Below the pieces are notes generated by a model that saw nothing but the letters and a program-made list of their open reading frames with translations, searched no databases and was not told where the DNA came from. Below are positions 32,006 to 44,521 of a stretch of 64,000 nt of DNA, in pieces. This stretch comes from Fimicolochytrium jonesii (taxonomy: Eukaryota): NCBI RefSeq assembly GCF_025526975.1, contig NW_026515671.1:310001-374000 (forward strand), given 5' to 3'. Numbering within the stretch: position 1 is the stretch's first letter; each line of letters opens with the position of its first letter. Made by a program: the position numbers and the translations under genes.

Positions 32006-35000
32006 GGAGGGTGCATGAGCACATGGGGCTATCTTGCCGGTGAACAAACCACGTCCGGTAATACTCTACATGTTCAAACCCTTCCATGTCCTGTTTCGTC
32101 AAATGTGTGCCACAATCTCTGCAAAGCCCGTGTGTTTCTCCCCATCCAATACTTGGACCGTGTAGTCCACCTCGTCTTGATCACGAAAGACAAAGTGTGG
32201 TTCAGGATTATGGAACAGGGCAAAGAAGATGTGACTGACACTCACAAAACCCGTCATGAACATAGACGCAGAACGCCGGAACTGGTAGCAAAGGACAGAT
32301 CTCAATCCCGACGTACACTCCTTGTTGAACGCTTCCGTGTTGAACGCTTCCGTGTCTGAGAGTCTTTGGAACCTTGAGCGGTTGATGCCGGCAAGAGTTT
32401 TTGCGTCGCACTTGGGGTGCGTGGTCAATGGGAACTGAACTCATCTTGCATATGGCAGGTTGGAGCGCAATAGGTTCCAAAACGAAGTATACGTATTATG
32501 TGGATGTCGCCAAAAGCACCCAAGGCGGTGGAGGCTAGTAGCGGGGTGTCGGAGGTTCTCCCGCGTTGAGTGCGAAACGTCACCGCCGCTCGTGTTGGAA
32601 GGCGTGTCGTGATGACGCGCAGCTCAGTCCGGCCGTGTTTGATGCAAGTTGGGTCGTACGGTACAGTACGGTAGATGGTGTATTCCTCCATGGTGCAGAT
32701 AAGGTCTTTTTGACATCGTGCGGATCGACCTGGGCTTTGGCAAAGTGGGTTGTCTTGTGCTGGCAGCCTGTTGATGCCGTTCATGGTCTCTCGGTCGCCA
32801 ATTCCAGCCAGATTTAGATGCGGTTAAGAACTCCCGTAAGACTACGTTGGCGCCGCACGCGACAATGTTCTAAGAAGGACTTGTAAGCTTGGACGAGTGG
32901 TTTGCAAATGCGTTATGGGCTTGACGGACTGTGGCAGTAATGCGATCATCGTTGTCTCGGATGAGGCCATCACACAGGCTGTCGCCAACTCCACTTCCGC
33001 TTGCGATGTCCACGCTTCACCTATCACTTCTCTTTTCGCTTCTGTTGGCGACCTTGACTCGGTCTGGTGACTTGCCTGCTTGGAGGTCGGCGACGTCGTT
33101 TACTTCCAAGCAATTGGTAACTGAAATCGAGGACTGTACAGTAACAATTGGACACCCAGACGGTCTCCGCATCCCCATCAGGTACCCTCATGGATGCGTG
33201 TGCAACACCAACATCATCTGGGCCAAACTCAGACTAGGCTGCAAAAGGTTAAAAATGTCATCATAGCCCAAAAATCCGTGGGAGTTGGCCAAGGTAGCCA
33301 CCAAGTCGGGGTAGACGTCGTAAGGCCTTTCTTTGCATGTCAAAGCATGTCCAGGGTGTTCGCGCGCCTGGGTCGATGGAACAAAGTTTCCCCGGGTAAG
33401 GGAGACGCCCGCACATAGCCCCTCTTGTCTCAGGATGCATACGTATGGGGCGCTTGGCAGATGCCCACGGTAGTCCCAAAATGAACTTGAGAACCGCTTC
33501 CTTCGACGGTGCCCCTCTGACCCTTGCGTCATAAAAAAAGATCAGATACCACTTCTCGTCTCGTGGGGTCGTAGCGGACGGACTCCGCCGCCTCGGACCC
33601 CACACTGCAGAAGGATATGAGGCGGTCCTGAATGTACATCCCCCCTGTCTCCGCCCTGCTCCACAAGACCATTTCGCGGGTACATTGTCACCTCTCCGCT
33701 CCGCTTGTTCACCGTTATCCCCTGGGAATGGAGTTTGAGGGTCTTCCAGCGTCGAGTGCTACAGTATGCTCGTTTCCTTTGGTGGCGCGGATGCAGACGA
33801 TCCCATATCTTCCTCCCCCTTCCTCTTCTTCTCATCCGCTTTCATCTTCGTCTTAAATGTTCTTTATCTCCCAAGCGCTCGCCTCGGGGACGTCCAACAC
33901 CTCTGGATTCCTCCAAGCTTTCGTGTTGTCGTGGGAACGGTAAAGTCACTCGACTATGAGCCACACTCAGGCGTGAGCGTCTTCCGCTCCTGCGGTAAAG
34001 CCAGTGGCCTTTTCTGCTACCCACTTCTCCTGTTGGTATCTACATACAAGGTAACAAACGGAGGGCAGATCTTGGTGGATATCGTCGCCGGACAGACTTT
34101 GGCATGGTCGTAGGAAAAACGATACAATTCGGAGACCATAGGCCAAAGCACGCATCATCCCGAGCATAGCCACCACCAGAACTCGCCGGCACTCACTGGG
34201 CACTCATTTCAACCTCTTCCCATGGCTCAAGACGGTGTTCCCTCGACCGCGGAGAACTGACGACCGGCCGGTGACTTCTGGCGTTCACACAGACGGGGCC
34301 GAAACCTGTTACAGGACTGCATGTTTGAATTATTAGCCTGTCAGGTGCGCTCGTTTAAACTGGCCGTTTTGACGCGCAAAGCCGAGGGAGAAGCAAATTT
34401 TGGGGCAACGAAAACGCGTTCAAGTTGTGTCTGGCTTCCCGAAGGCCTGCGTCCCACGCCATAACGTGAAATGGGGCGCCTTTTCACCCCATCCATGCTC
34501 ACGGCCGCTGGTGAGCGAGCGCAGACGGTTGGCACCTCTGGCGTGATCATGCCCGCCCGATGTCCGCGGCGGTCGGATCAGCCGTGTCACCGTCGAGCTG
34601 CTGGTGCTTCCTGGCTGGTGCTGAAGCGCTGGCTGCGGTCCGACCGGGTTGTGCATCGAGAGGCTTTCTCGTTATTATTAGATATTGCTCGCCGTCGGTG
34701 TCTTGGATCACTTTTGTGATTGTTGTTCGGGGTTGGATGCTGGATCTCATGAAGTCAGCCCTTCCGCTTGCGCCCGATGCCATAGCGCCCGACCGTTGTG
34801 TATCGATTATCCTTCTCTATCGCTCTCAAAGTCACCGCCGTACGAAATACCTCCAGAGAGCAAGCCAGCTCGTCCTCTCGTCTTCCTCCAGATCCAACGC
34901 AGCCAATTTCAACTAAACGACAAGGGTCCCAAGAGTGAATTCGTGTGATCCGGCACTCGTAGACAAGCAACCGACGCTGAACGTTTTCATCCATCAGCAT

Positions 35001-35236
35001 ACTCTGGGCCATCCCGGACCGACACTGAACACGGGATTGCATATACTGCACTTTTACGAGACTCGAGATTGAGCCATCACACAACGTGCGCATAGGCACT
35101 GCCCTCAGCGTGACATCGAAACTCCGGGTAGCTGGTTAGGAACTTAAGTAGAGAACTTCCGCCTTTGCGTTGCACTCAACCTGAACGTCGATCGCGAACC
35201 GGAGGTTGGGCCAAAATCCTCAGGAGTCCGGGCGAA

Positions 35237-37396
35237 ATGCCCCGAGCAAACCGGCGACCTGCTTGCGCAGCTTTGTATCTAGCGGCCCTCATCTTGACAT
35301 ATCAGGTTCTCCTCGCTAGGTGTGCAGCACAGAGAACGGGTAGGGGACGATGGTCACCTACTCATGTTGGACGAAAACAGCACGGGCTCAGACAAACAGC
35401 TGCTCTGCATCGAAGGTCTGCAGGCGAGCCCGAACGGGTGTCCACCTCGAAAGGTTTACGGCCACAAGCGGTGGATCAGATCACAGAAACGATACCCTCT
35501 CAGACGACCATAATACATAAAGTATCATCTTCCGGATTGCCGCCCGTCTCGTTGACGCAGACTGTCGATGACTCTGAAACGACATGGGCATCTTCCTGGG
35601 AAAGCCTACCGACGCTAACACAAGCGGAGTCCGATGGACCTTCAGCAAGCACGGCGCAGATAGACGATCCGGCATCGACCCTTGCTGAAACATCGACAAC
35701 CGAGCTTCCCTCAGTATCCCTCTCAACAACGGCCGTAGAGGACACTCGGGGTCCAACCTCTACTGGGGAAGCAAGCGCATCTGTGACAGACAATCCTACG
35801 GGAAGCGGTGAAAGCGAAGACAATATTCCAGCCTCATCCACTATTATATACACGAAGACGTCCGTTATCATCTCGACCCCATTGCCCTCTCTGCCAGACA
35901 ATAGCCCATCGCCGACGCCTACGGTTCTTCCGACAGAGGGTCCGCATGGTGGCGAGCATCCAGATATACCTGCCGAGACTTCCTTGAGGGAGAGCACCAC
36001 AACAACAAGCGGCATTTCCACGATTACCACCCCAGTATCAGCTTCGTCCGAAAGTGACGCAACTAGACACACTCACATCTCTTTCACGACATCGAGCGAT
36101 CTACCCCCACCGCCGGTCACCGATGCACCACCGACTCCGACGCACTCTAGGTCTGGAACTGCTGTAGTAACTCCTATAGGAGGAACACCTTCCGTTACTT
36201 CTCCCTCGACAGAGCCACAGAACACTGGAGCTACATCGGCATTGCCGACTGAGACCACGGCTCCGAGTGGGACTGAAGCCACTATCCTTCCCACAATCGC
36301 CACAAATACTCCTGGCGTCGCTGCATACCTTTCTAGTGCTGAGGTAGTGCCTGGAGACCAACGGCCGGTGATGGGTGCGATGGGAACCCACCCTCTTGGA
36401 GGGATCATTCCCGGAGGGCCTGCCCGCGGCGATGGCAGTGTTCCTTGGATGTCACCCGATGGTGGGACGGGAAGCAATGGTGGCGGAATTCCTGGAATAT
36501 CCAGCGACATCTCTGCCGCAAGCAATAGCACGACGGTCATAACCGGAGTTATGGTCAGTGTTTTCATCGCTGCGGTAGTTGTCGGTGGACTTATCTACCG
36601 ACGCCAAACCCGTGCCGATCAGCAGGAGTTTGGAGCGAAATCAATCGATCCAAAACACGACAGCGATCTGCCGCCACCTTTGGCAGAGCTTCCTTCCACT
36701 ATCTTTGACACTCCTTCTCGAAAAGCCTTCATGATCGACACGCCCAGTTCGTTCTCCTCCCTTGCCGTTCCCAGCGAGGCACATACGATACCTGGATCCA
36801 CCCTGAGCCTCGCATCAAAGCGCACCATCTTGGCCGCCACAACGAAAGAATGGATGTCGGCTACCGAATCCGTAGCCAAGTCGCTCAAGCAAATATTCAT
36901 CCCAACTGGCAAGTCCCGGGGTCGCAACCCCGTGCCGTCGATATTATTATCAGGCGTTCCCCATCACCTCGCCCCGCTTGCCTGGTCACCGCCCAAGACG
37001 CGGCCCCTCTTGGACGTAGACATCGACACGAGCGAATTTGTCATGCTCGTTCGGTCTCCGAGCACGCAGTCCTCGAGTTGTTTCTCAGAGTTCCTGATTT
37101 CAGAAGAAGACTCAGAGGAGGCGAGACAAAGGGGAACGCAGATCGGTGTCCGCGGAGGCTTGGACCGTCTGGGCTCCTGGTCTTTGGATGGAGAGGGCCT
37201 TCCGACGTTGGCTCGAAACGACTCAGTCCAGAGTGATAGTGACGCGTCACTGTCTTCCGTTCCTAGCTCGAACGAGTCTCTCCAACGACTACTCTCCGAC
37301 AAGCGAAAATCGACTTCGGAAACGCACTTCCAAATCGAGCACCGAACAGAAGATGCTTTTGTTGTGAATGCGATCGCTCCTGCTGCCGACGTGTAG
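35237..37396 (+). CDS. Single-pass mucin-like surface protein (signal peptide, Ser/Thr/Pro-rich ectodomain, TM, cytoplasmic tail)
   Basis: Hydrophobic N-terminus AALYLAALILTYQVLLA; S/T-rich stalk; TM VITGVMVSVFIAAVVVGGLIY followed by RRQ. Confidence 0.75.
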   Translation: MPRANRRPACAALYLAALILTYQVLLARCAAQRTGRGRWSPTHVGRKQHGLRQTAALHRRSAGEPERVSTSKGLRPQAVDQITETIPSQTTIIHKVSSSGLPPVSLTQTVDDSETTWASSWESLPTLTQAESDGPSASTAQIDDPASTLAETSTTELPSVSLSTTAVEDTRGPTSTGEASASVTDNPTGSGESEDNIPASSTIIYTKTSVIISTPLPSLPDNSPSPTPTVLPTEGPHGGEHPDIPAETSLRESTTTTSGISTITTPVSASSESDATRHTHISFTTSSDLPPPPVTDAPPTPTHSRSGTAVVTPIGGTPSVTSPSTEPQNTGATSALPTETTAPSGTEATILPTIATNTPGVAAYLSSAEVVPGDQRPVMGAMGTHPLGGIIPGGPARGDGSVPWMSPDGGTGSNGGGIPGISSDISAASNSTTVITGVMVSVFIAAVVVGGLIYRRQTRADQQEFGAKSIDPKHDSDLPPPLAELPSTIFDTPSRKAFMIDTPSSFSSLAVPSEAHTIPGSTLSLASKRTILAATTKEWMSATESVAKSLKQIFIPTGKSRGRNPVPSILLSGVPHHLAPLAWSPPKTRPLLDVDIDTSEFVMLVRSPSTQSSSCFSEFLISEEDSEEARQRGTQIGVRGGLDRLGSWSLDGEGLPTLARNDSVQSDSDASLSSVPSSNESLQRLLSDKRKSTSETHFQIEHRTEDAFVVNAIAPAADV

Positions 37397-38228
37397 TTCG
37401 GCGACCCCAGTGGCCGACAATTGTATAGCAATTAGGCGCTCCCCAAATATACCCCTCAACCTCATCCGTCTACGAACACACACCGGGGGACCGACAAACC
37501 TCTTATACCACACACTCTGACGAATAGCTCAAAGTAGAATAGCGTCTGCGCCAGCACTTGTATGCGTACCTCCCCTTCCCTCTCCATCATGTATGGTTTT
37601 TTTGGTTAGTGCTTTTGGGAGATGTTTGCTGTAGCTAGTAGATTCCTGGAGGTTACCAGCTGATCTTTATGTGTTTATGACCATGAATATGAATTGCCGA
37701 CTGAAGCGATAAGTTCCGAGGGTTTTGGGATTAGCGGCTTTTTTTTCGACCGGCACGGTTGTCTGTCTACACTGCCTAGTGAAACTGCCCATGGTCGTCA
37801 GGGATTCCCGTCTTTTCTCCAAGCTTACACGAAGATAACCGTTACAACAAACCCTTTGCTGCAGTGCCATAGCACTGCCGTGGTTGCGGCATGTGTGTTC
37901 CGCTTCATGGAGTAGCTTCGTCAAACAGACTCAAAACCCAGCCGATGCGTGGCTTTTCTCTACGCGCTGTCGATTGTAGAGTATGTCAGCATTGACAGCG
38001 CCATTCTTGTTGCTATTTTCAGACTCCATCGCCAGGCGCAGGGGCGAGTCTGGTGAGCTGTTGGCTCGGAGCTGCTTGGAAGATTGTGGGGCTCAACCAT
38101 CGCGGAAAGTCCCTCACGACGTTTCTTTCTACTCGCAAACTTGTCTGACGGCTTTCCCGCCACCATCAAGAGAGCTTTACTGGGACACTATCTTTCCCAT
38201 CCTGAAATCGTAACGGGAACGGTTCGCT

Positions 38229-41200
38229 ATGAGACTGAAACTTCAGGAAACGCTTGACGCTTTGCGCGACAGCATGAAGTCTGGTCCGAAGGAGGGGCCC
38301 AAGATCCCGTTAACGAGCGCATCTGAAGTACACAGCAAATCGAAGCGTGCCCGGAATTCCTTGTCCCCAGCAACCACGGAGACGGACCACGTTGACGAAG
38401 GATTGCCAGAAACGCCGCTGGTATCGTCCATACAGTCGAGCAGGCAAGCCACTATGGAGCGGCCACGGGAGATGGCAAATCCCGACGGTAGTCCACCCGA
38501 GGAAACAATAGAAGTCGACGATTCGGATGACTCGCAAGACGCATCAGCGGAAGAAGAAGGAAGCGACGGGAACTCGGCGGACCCGTCCCAGATGCGGCGG
38601 CTAGCCACCGAGCACAAATCTTCGCATAAACTGTACTCGAACAAAACGTCGCGGTCGGTGCCTGAGATTGCGATTTCGGATCGGGAGGTTGTGGAGAAAG
38701 AGACGGAGATGGGAATACTGGGTAGTAACGAGGGGAAAGATTCAGTCGCGGAGTTAGGAAATATTTTACAGAGACGGGAGAGTGGGATCGCTGCTGTGGG
38801 TACAGGTGGGATGAACGGAGGTGTTGCTGGCCCCGTCGTGCCCTGGAAAGGGGCGACACCCGGGACAGAAGCCAACCCGGCGCCCCTGCGCCAGAGACGA
38901 TCGTCGGCTGGACTGTTCTTCAAACCTGGGTTCTCAAAGACCGAGGCATGGCAAGGTCTGGGTGAAGCTCCAGGCGAAACTCCTAGGGGGGACGGGACGA
39001 CGACAGGGAACAAACGACATTCTGACTCGGAGAAAGCACGGAGTCCTTTGAGTGCGAGCGATGAACATCTGGACGACCGTTCACCCCGCCCGAGCACCAC
39101 GCATAACCTGTCGCCTCCTAGCGAACAACGGAGCGGTGAGGAAGAGCAACAGCCACGGCAGAGCAAAGCGGCTTCCGATCGGCCGTACTCGTTTATGCCG
39201 GGCTCAGATGCATCATTTCAGATGCCCTCGATGATGCAAATAGACTTGGATGATTTTCCAGAGACGACGACTAAGGACGCAGCCTCGCGGCGGCCGGAAG
39301 AGCGAAGCTTGCCTATAAGGCTATCCCGGTCACTACGGGTGTCTGTTGCGCGGAAATCGGTCACGGGCGCGAGTAGCTATGGCGCCAGCAACGTGGGTTC
39401 GCAGGACTCATTATCGCTCAACAAGTCGTACAGCACATTATCGGTACAGTCGGGCCCCAGGCATTCTTCCGTAGCTTCTCTCCTGGCTAGGCGACAGGAC
39501 GTGCCATCAATAGGGCACTTTGTGGTCAAAGCCCAGCAGCGACAAGCTTTGGAAAAGACCGTGAATGAAGAGCTACTGGCTTCTTTAGGTGTACGTGATG
39601 AGGAGAGCTGGACAATCGAGTCGACGGGAGTAGTTCAGCCACATGTTGACCTGCGGCCCAAGTTCCTTTCGAGCCACTCTATGTTGACGACGGAGAACAT
39701 CAATGGAAAACTTACGGTCGTATCCGGTAGACTACCGGATCTCGTACAGGTTCTGGCTTCAGAGGGCACGACCGACGCTGAGTACATTGTCGATTTCCTG
39801 ACGACGTACCGCTATTTCGCCGACCCTGTAGACGTCGCCCGTCTGCTCATCATGCGATATGTGACGGTGGGAGGGGATCCGCCGATAAGCGCGGAGTCGG
39901 AAACGGAAGCAGAGGAAGAAGGAACGAATGTTTCTGAAAGTCTAGCAGATTTCCTATCCTACTTGAAGAAGGCGGACCCTGTCAAAAAGTCTACCGAGAC
40001 CAACCCGCGGAAACTGTCAAAAAGTGGATCGTCATCATCAGAAGACTGGGGCAGACTGCTGCAACTCAAGATTCTGAACGTATTCAAGAAATGGATCGAC
40101 CTATACCCTCTCGATTTCGACCAAACCAGAGAACTGTACTTGTTGACAGTCCTCTTTCTGCAAAAGCATGTGGAGACACAGCCGACACGAAGTGTGTTTG
40201 CAAGCTCAATGCTGCAAAATCTTCACGAAAAACTGGATGCTTACAGAGCGCATGAGCCGATGCCACTTAGCCCTTCGCAGTTGCTTGTACCGGCATACCA
40301 AGCGGCAATATCGCCGGTGTTGCCGTCACCTGGGAGAGCATTGACGCATGGGGTCAGCGAGCCCAGTCTTGCGAGTCTGAGTGTCCGACGCGGCTCAGTG
40401 GAGGGCTCGACGGGGACATCGCTTGGAGACTTTGTTACGGCGCGTACTAGTCGATTACCGGGTGGGGCGCCTACGCTGGGGAGGGCATCATCTTCGTTGA
40501 CGCTTGATACCACCATTCGATCGAAACGGAGAAGCTCGAACGCTGCTCATGGCATTTCGAGCCCGCCGGCAGATGGACCTCTTACTCCGTCGCTTGGCAT
40601 TGCGATTTCCCTCGATACCTTTTCCCCGAAATCCGCGTCTCACGCTCGAGCCTCTACCTCCCCAGCGAATTTGGAAGCTAGTCAGGTGTCGATGCCTAAT
40701 ATCAGTGACACCTATCATGTACGGCACGCCGGTCTCGAATCTCCCGGTCCGGGGACGACGACCGATTTGAGCGCCGATGCGCTGGCGCAGCAGCTGACCT
40801 TGATGGAACACGGATATTTCTCGAGGATACAAATGTCGGAGTTGTTTTTTCAGTCATGGAACGACAAACAAATGAAGCATGTGCTGGCGCCCAACCTCAT
40901 TGCCCTTATTACGTGGTTCAACCGGATAGCCTACGGGGTAGCAACACAGGTCGTTAGCCAGCCTCTTCTGCGGTCTCGGGTGACATGCATAAAGCGTTTC
41001 ATCTATATTGCGCAATTGTGCTTTTCCTGGGGCAATTTCAATACGCTTTTTGAGGTAGTGGCAGGGCTTAATCTGGGGCCTGTTACGAGACTGAAACGAA
41101 CGTGGAAGGCACTGCCCAAGAAATACTGGGATGTTTGGAATCAACTGAATCTCATCGTTTCGAATGAAAGTGAGTTACATGGGCCCAACGGCGTTACTCC

Positions 41201-41603
41201 TCGCATAATCTTGACAACTTGTCTCTTCATCTGTTTTGCAGACTCCTACAAAACGTACCGAGCAGCGCTTCGATCGCTCCAAACCACCTCCCACCCGATA
41301 CTGCCCTACCTTGGGGTAAACCTCTCGGATCTCACCTTTGCAGAAGATGGAAACCCTTCCTTTCTATCAACGCCGTCTTCCGCGATCGCGGGAGGAAAGA
41401 CCAGCGCGCCCGTCATAAACTTCACAAAGTTCCAGCTCATATCGTCCCTTATTCGGTCGATAGTGGGCCTGCAAGCACGAGGATCTTACGCCTTTCCACC
41501 TGACATGAAACTGCAGGCCTTCTTGATACAAGAGTGGCCGGTGTTGGATGACGCTGAGTTATACGAGTATTCCAAAGTTGCTGAGCCGAAACAGTTAGGA
41601 TAG
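38229..41603 (+). CDS. Ras guanine-nucleotide exchange factor (REM plus CDC25 domain); intron 41170-41241
   Basis: DFLTTYRYF, LNVFKKW, LAQQLTL, NFNTLFEVVAGL, LPYLGVNLSDLTFAEDGNP, INFTK. Confidence 0.9.
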   Translation: MRLKLQETLDALRDSMKSGPKEGPKIPLTSASEVHSKSKRARNSLSPATTETDHVDEGLPETPLVSSIQSSRQATMERPREMANPDGSPPEETIEVDDSDDSQDASAEEEGSDGNSADPSQMRRLATEHKSSHKLYSNKTSRSVPEIAISDREVVEKETEMGILGSNEGKDSVAELGNILQRRESGIAAVGTGGMNGGVAGPVVPWKGATPGTEANPAPLRQRRSSAGLFFKPGFSKTEAWQGLGEAPGETPRGDGTTTGNKRHSDSEKARSPLSASDEHLDDRSPRPSTTHNLSPPSEQRSGEEEQQPRQSKAASDRPYSFMPGSDASFQMPSMMQIDLDDFPETTTKDAASRRPEERSLPIRLSRSLRVSVARKSVTGASSYGASNVGSQDSLSLNKSYSTLSVQSGPRHSSVASLLARRQDVPSIGHFVVKAQQRQALEKTVNEELLASLGVRDEESWTIESTGVVQPHVDLRPKFLSSHSMLTTENINGKLTVVSGRLPDLVQVLASEGTTDAEYIVDFLTTYRYFADPVDVARLLIMRYVTVGGDPPISAESETEAEEEGTNVSESLADFLSYLKKADPVKKSTETNPRKLSKSGSSSSEDWGRLLQLKILNVFKKWIDLYPLDFDQTRELYLLTVLFLQKHVETQPTRSVFASSMLQNLHEKLDAYRAHEPMPLSPSQLLVPAYQAAISPVLPSPGRALTHGVSEPSLASLSVRRGSVEGSTGTSLGDFVTARTSRLPGGAPTLGRASSSLTLDTTIRSKRRSSNAAHGISSPPADGPLTPSLGIAISLDTFSPKSASHARASTSPANLEASQVSMPNISDTYHVRHAGLESPGPGTTTDLSADALAQQLTLMEHGYFSRIQMSELFFQSWNDKQMKHVLAPNLIALITWFNRIAYGVATQVVSQPLLRSRVTCIKRFIYIAQLCFSWGNFNTLFEVVAGLNLGPVTRLKRTWKALPKKYWDVWNQLNLIVSNESELHGPNGVTPRIILTTCLFICFADSYKTYRAALRSLQTTSHPILPYLGVNLSDLTFAEDGNPSFLSTPSSAIAGGKTSAPVINFTKFQLISSLIRSIVGLQARGSYAFPPDMKLQAFLIQEWPVLDDAELYEYSKVAEPKQLG

Positions 41604-42163
41604 TTATTAGAGAAAAGTGATACCATAGGATCGTATTAGATAGTTCAAATAACTCCCCTGAAGGTTATTCCAAGGTGATAGATACCCTTTCAACACTACT
41701 AATTTTTTTGAATTCGACAACTTGGAAGCGTTGAGGGCTGCGCAATTGACAGGGGGTGAGTCACCGCCACGTTCCCGTCAAGCTGGAGCGGGGAGCCAAA
41801 ACGTGCCTTCGTCATCGTCACTTTACGGCGGAGAGGTTTCTATCATCGCCTCAGGCAATCTCTCCAACTATAAAGTCGCTCCCTGAACCTCATCACCTGT
41901 ATATGTAGGGTCTGCTCAGAGAATACCGCCTACTTTTACTCCAAGTTGGATCTATCCTGGAATATTTCCCACCTCTCTTCAGGCGTTATCCTCGCAAACA
42001 CCGCGAACAACTTCCTCCCGTTCCAGCCCATCTCCACGTTGATTCGAATCTCAGTGGCACGATCCCCTCAGCTTCCCAAGTTTCCACGGGCCAACCCTCT
42101 TTCCGGTTTGCCGATCCTCCGTTCTGTCGGACCGTTTGACTTGGTTAAGATCACTCGACCGCG

Positions 42164-43885
42164 ATGCCCGACTTGTTAGAGCCGGTAGGGCCGCCATGCT
42201 CTACGAAAGACGGTGCGAATAGTTCTTCTGAGGTGGCTGCGAGCACACCGAATTTTTCCGACCCTGGTCTGTCCAACGGCCGACACGCCAAACCGGACTT
42301 CCATCTTTCACTTTCTACGAACGGGAACACAGCAGACAGTTCGACGGCGAGCACAGCACAATCACCAGTATCGTCTCCCCTGATTTCCACCCCGGGAGGT
42401 TCCCCTTGGGACAGTATCGAGTTCGACTTCGACGTACAAGATCTTTCAGTTTTCGACCTTGTTGGTTCGGATTGGGTCCGTGTTCTCCAAAACAATTTCA
42501 AGCAGCAACGGCGTCGCATCGAAGCAAGCGCAGTAGGGCGCAACTTGCGCTCCCGACAGGTATGGGATTCTTAGGATCAACTGTCTTGGGAAACCGATTG
42601 ACCTCTAGCTGTTTTTCAGGAAAAGTTAGCAGCCCTGCAGAAAAAAGTCATAGAGCGTCAATTACGAGTTCTCACTGGATTAGTGGACCCACGGAAGAAA
42701 GCAACCTCAGCGGCTGCCGCCAAAAATCGTGATAAGATTGCGTTTGTTGTTGGCGTGACGAACATGTGGGTCACGGCCTTGTTGTTCGGAGTCGCCCCGT
42801 CGATCATGCCATACTTCTACGTCGTGAAGGCGGCGGTGCTCTTGCTTGCACGTCTCGTCACCTACAAAAACAACAAATGGCACTACTTTATGTTCGACAT
42901 GTGCTATTTCGTCAACTTCCTTCTATTTGTTCTCATATTCTTCCGGGGAGCTCACACTTCGCTGTATGCTGCGACATGGGGATTAGCAAATGGACCGGTG
43001 CTCGTGGCGATAACGGCATGGCGGAACTCACTAGTGTTCCACTCACTGGACAAAGTCACATCGCTGTTGATTCATTTCGATCCGCCTTTGACCCTCTTCA
43101 CATTGCGATGGGTGATGAGCACGCCGATCTCGACGGAGTGCCTTCATCACCCGCTCGCCGCTCTTACCGAGTCGTCTCTGAACACGACCATAGCTGGCGG
43201 ACTCCCGTCATCTCTCTCGGTGTTCCGTCTGCCGGCGCATTTGGAATGCCTTTCCGCCGATCCCCCGCACTTATCGTTTATGACATTGTTCACCACTTCC
43301 CTGGCTGTCTACATGTTCTGGCAGGCGGCCTATTGGGTTTTTGTTTGGACGATGCGGGCGGACAAGATTGCCGCCGGATACGCGACCTCCACCACCTACA
43401 TGCTGCAGAATCACAAATCGGCCGTCGCCAAAGTCGCCAACAAAGTAGCACCGCCTTACCGACCGGCGGTTTTCATGGGCATTCAATTCGTTTACACGAT
43501 GATCACGATCGCACCAACGTACTTGTTCTATCATTACAAGTGGCTCCATGCTACCGCGCTCGTTGCCTCATTGGCGATGGCGACATACAATGGAGCGAAC
43601 TACTACTTTGAAGTGTTCTCCAAAAAGTATGTGGAAGAACTACTCAAGTTGGAGAAGGAGATTGAGGCCGACGCTAAGCGAGCTGCTGCCGGCATTCCGA
43701 GTTCCCCAAACCCTTTCACAACGGATTCATCGAGCTCACCAACGAAAGCGAATGCGAATGGGAAGGCCCAGACGGAGGTAGATCCCACATCGCCCCTTCT
43801 GCTTCCCGAAGCGTATCCTGGCGCGTCCCCTGATACGACACCGCTACCGCCCCCGGACCCTTTGGCGGTCAAGAAGGATATTTGA
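42164..43885 (+). CDS. GPC1: Glycerophosphocholine acyltransferase (DUF2838); intron 42560-42619
   Basis: WHYFMFDMCYFVN, WRNSLVFHSLDKVTSLLIH, NGANYYFEVF; multiple TM segments. Confidence 0.85.
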
Positions 43886-44521
43886 ACCAGCGGGGCTTTC
43901 TACGTGTAGCTTACTTCCTTCGTCGACGTCTCGATGCACATCAATGCAGCCCGTCCAGTATAGCGTTCCGCTCCCTTGTATAGAGATACCCTCAATACGT
44001 GCCGCAATAGCATAACATCTTCTTCTGAGCTCGCTCCCTCTTACCAGGTCACCGCATGGAGTTTTCGTTCGATGTACCCATTTTTCGTATCATGCCAATT
44101 TTGTAAATATCATCACAACGCACCTCATCTTTTCCAGCGTGTGGAGACAATGCCAACCTGGTTTCTCAGTTGGACGGGTTGAGTTCACTAACTCATTGGC
44201 GAGCGAACTACCATTATGATAATGTTGCTCGAAGCATATCTACATCCTCCCCCTTTTTGATGTCTGCTTTGCTTTCTTCGTTCAGTCTACCAAGCGAACC
44301 AAACGCGAACTGACATTATTGACGGGATAGAAGCCACGTGACGTCGATTAAATATGCAACGCTCCGTTCGTTCGGTTTGGCAGAATGCCCAAAGGCCCAA
44401 GCTCCGTCCTCCCTCGTATATTCTACTCCGGACAGTCCTGCGATTCATATTAGGTTTGTGAGAACTTGGGAGAGCAGCCTGACCTCGTCATTAGTCTAGT
44501 CGTCTTTTCCGCTCGGTCATA

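Noticed and set aside
32324..32355. 15-bp tandem duplication (TTGAACGCTTCCGTG)2
   Set aside because: Isolated local duplication with no other supporting structure.
18208..35000. Starship-type giant element with cargo
   Set aside because: Recombinase motifs are DUF3504-like rather than DUF3435, no boundaries were found, and the downstream genes are ordinary housekeeping genes.
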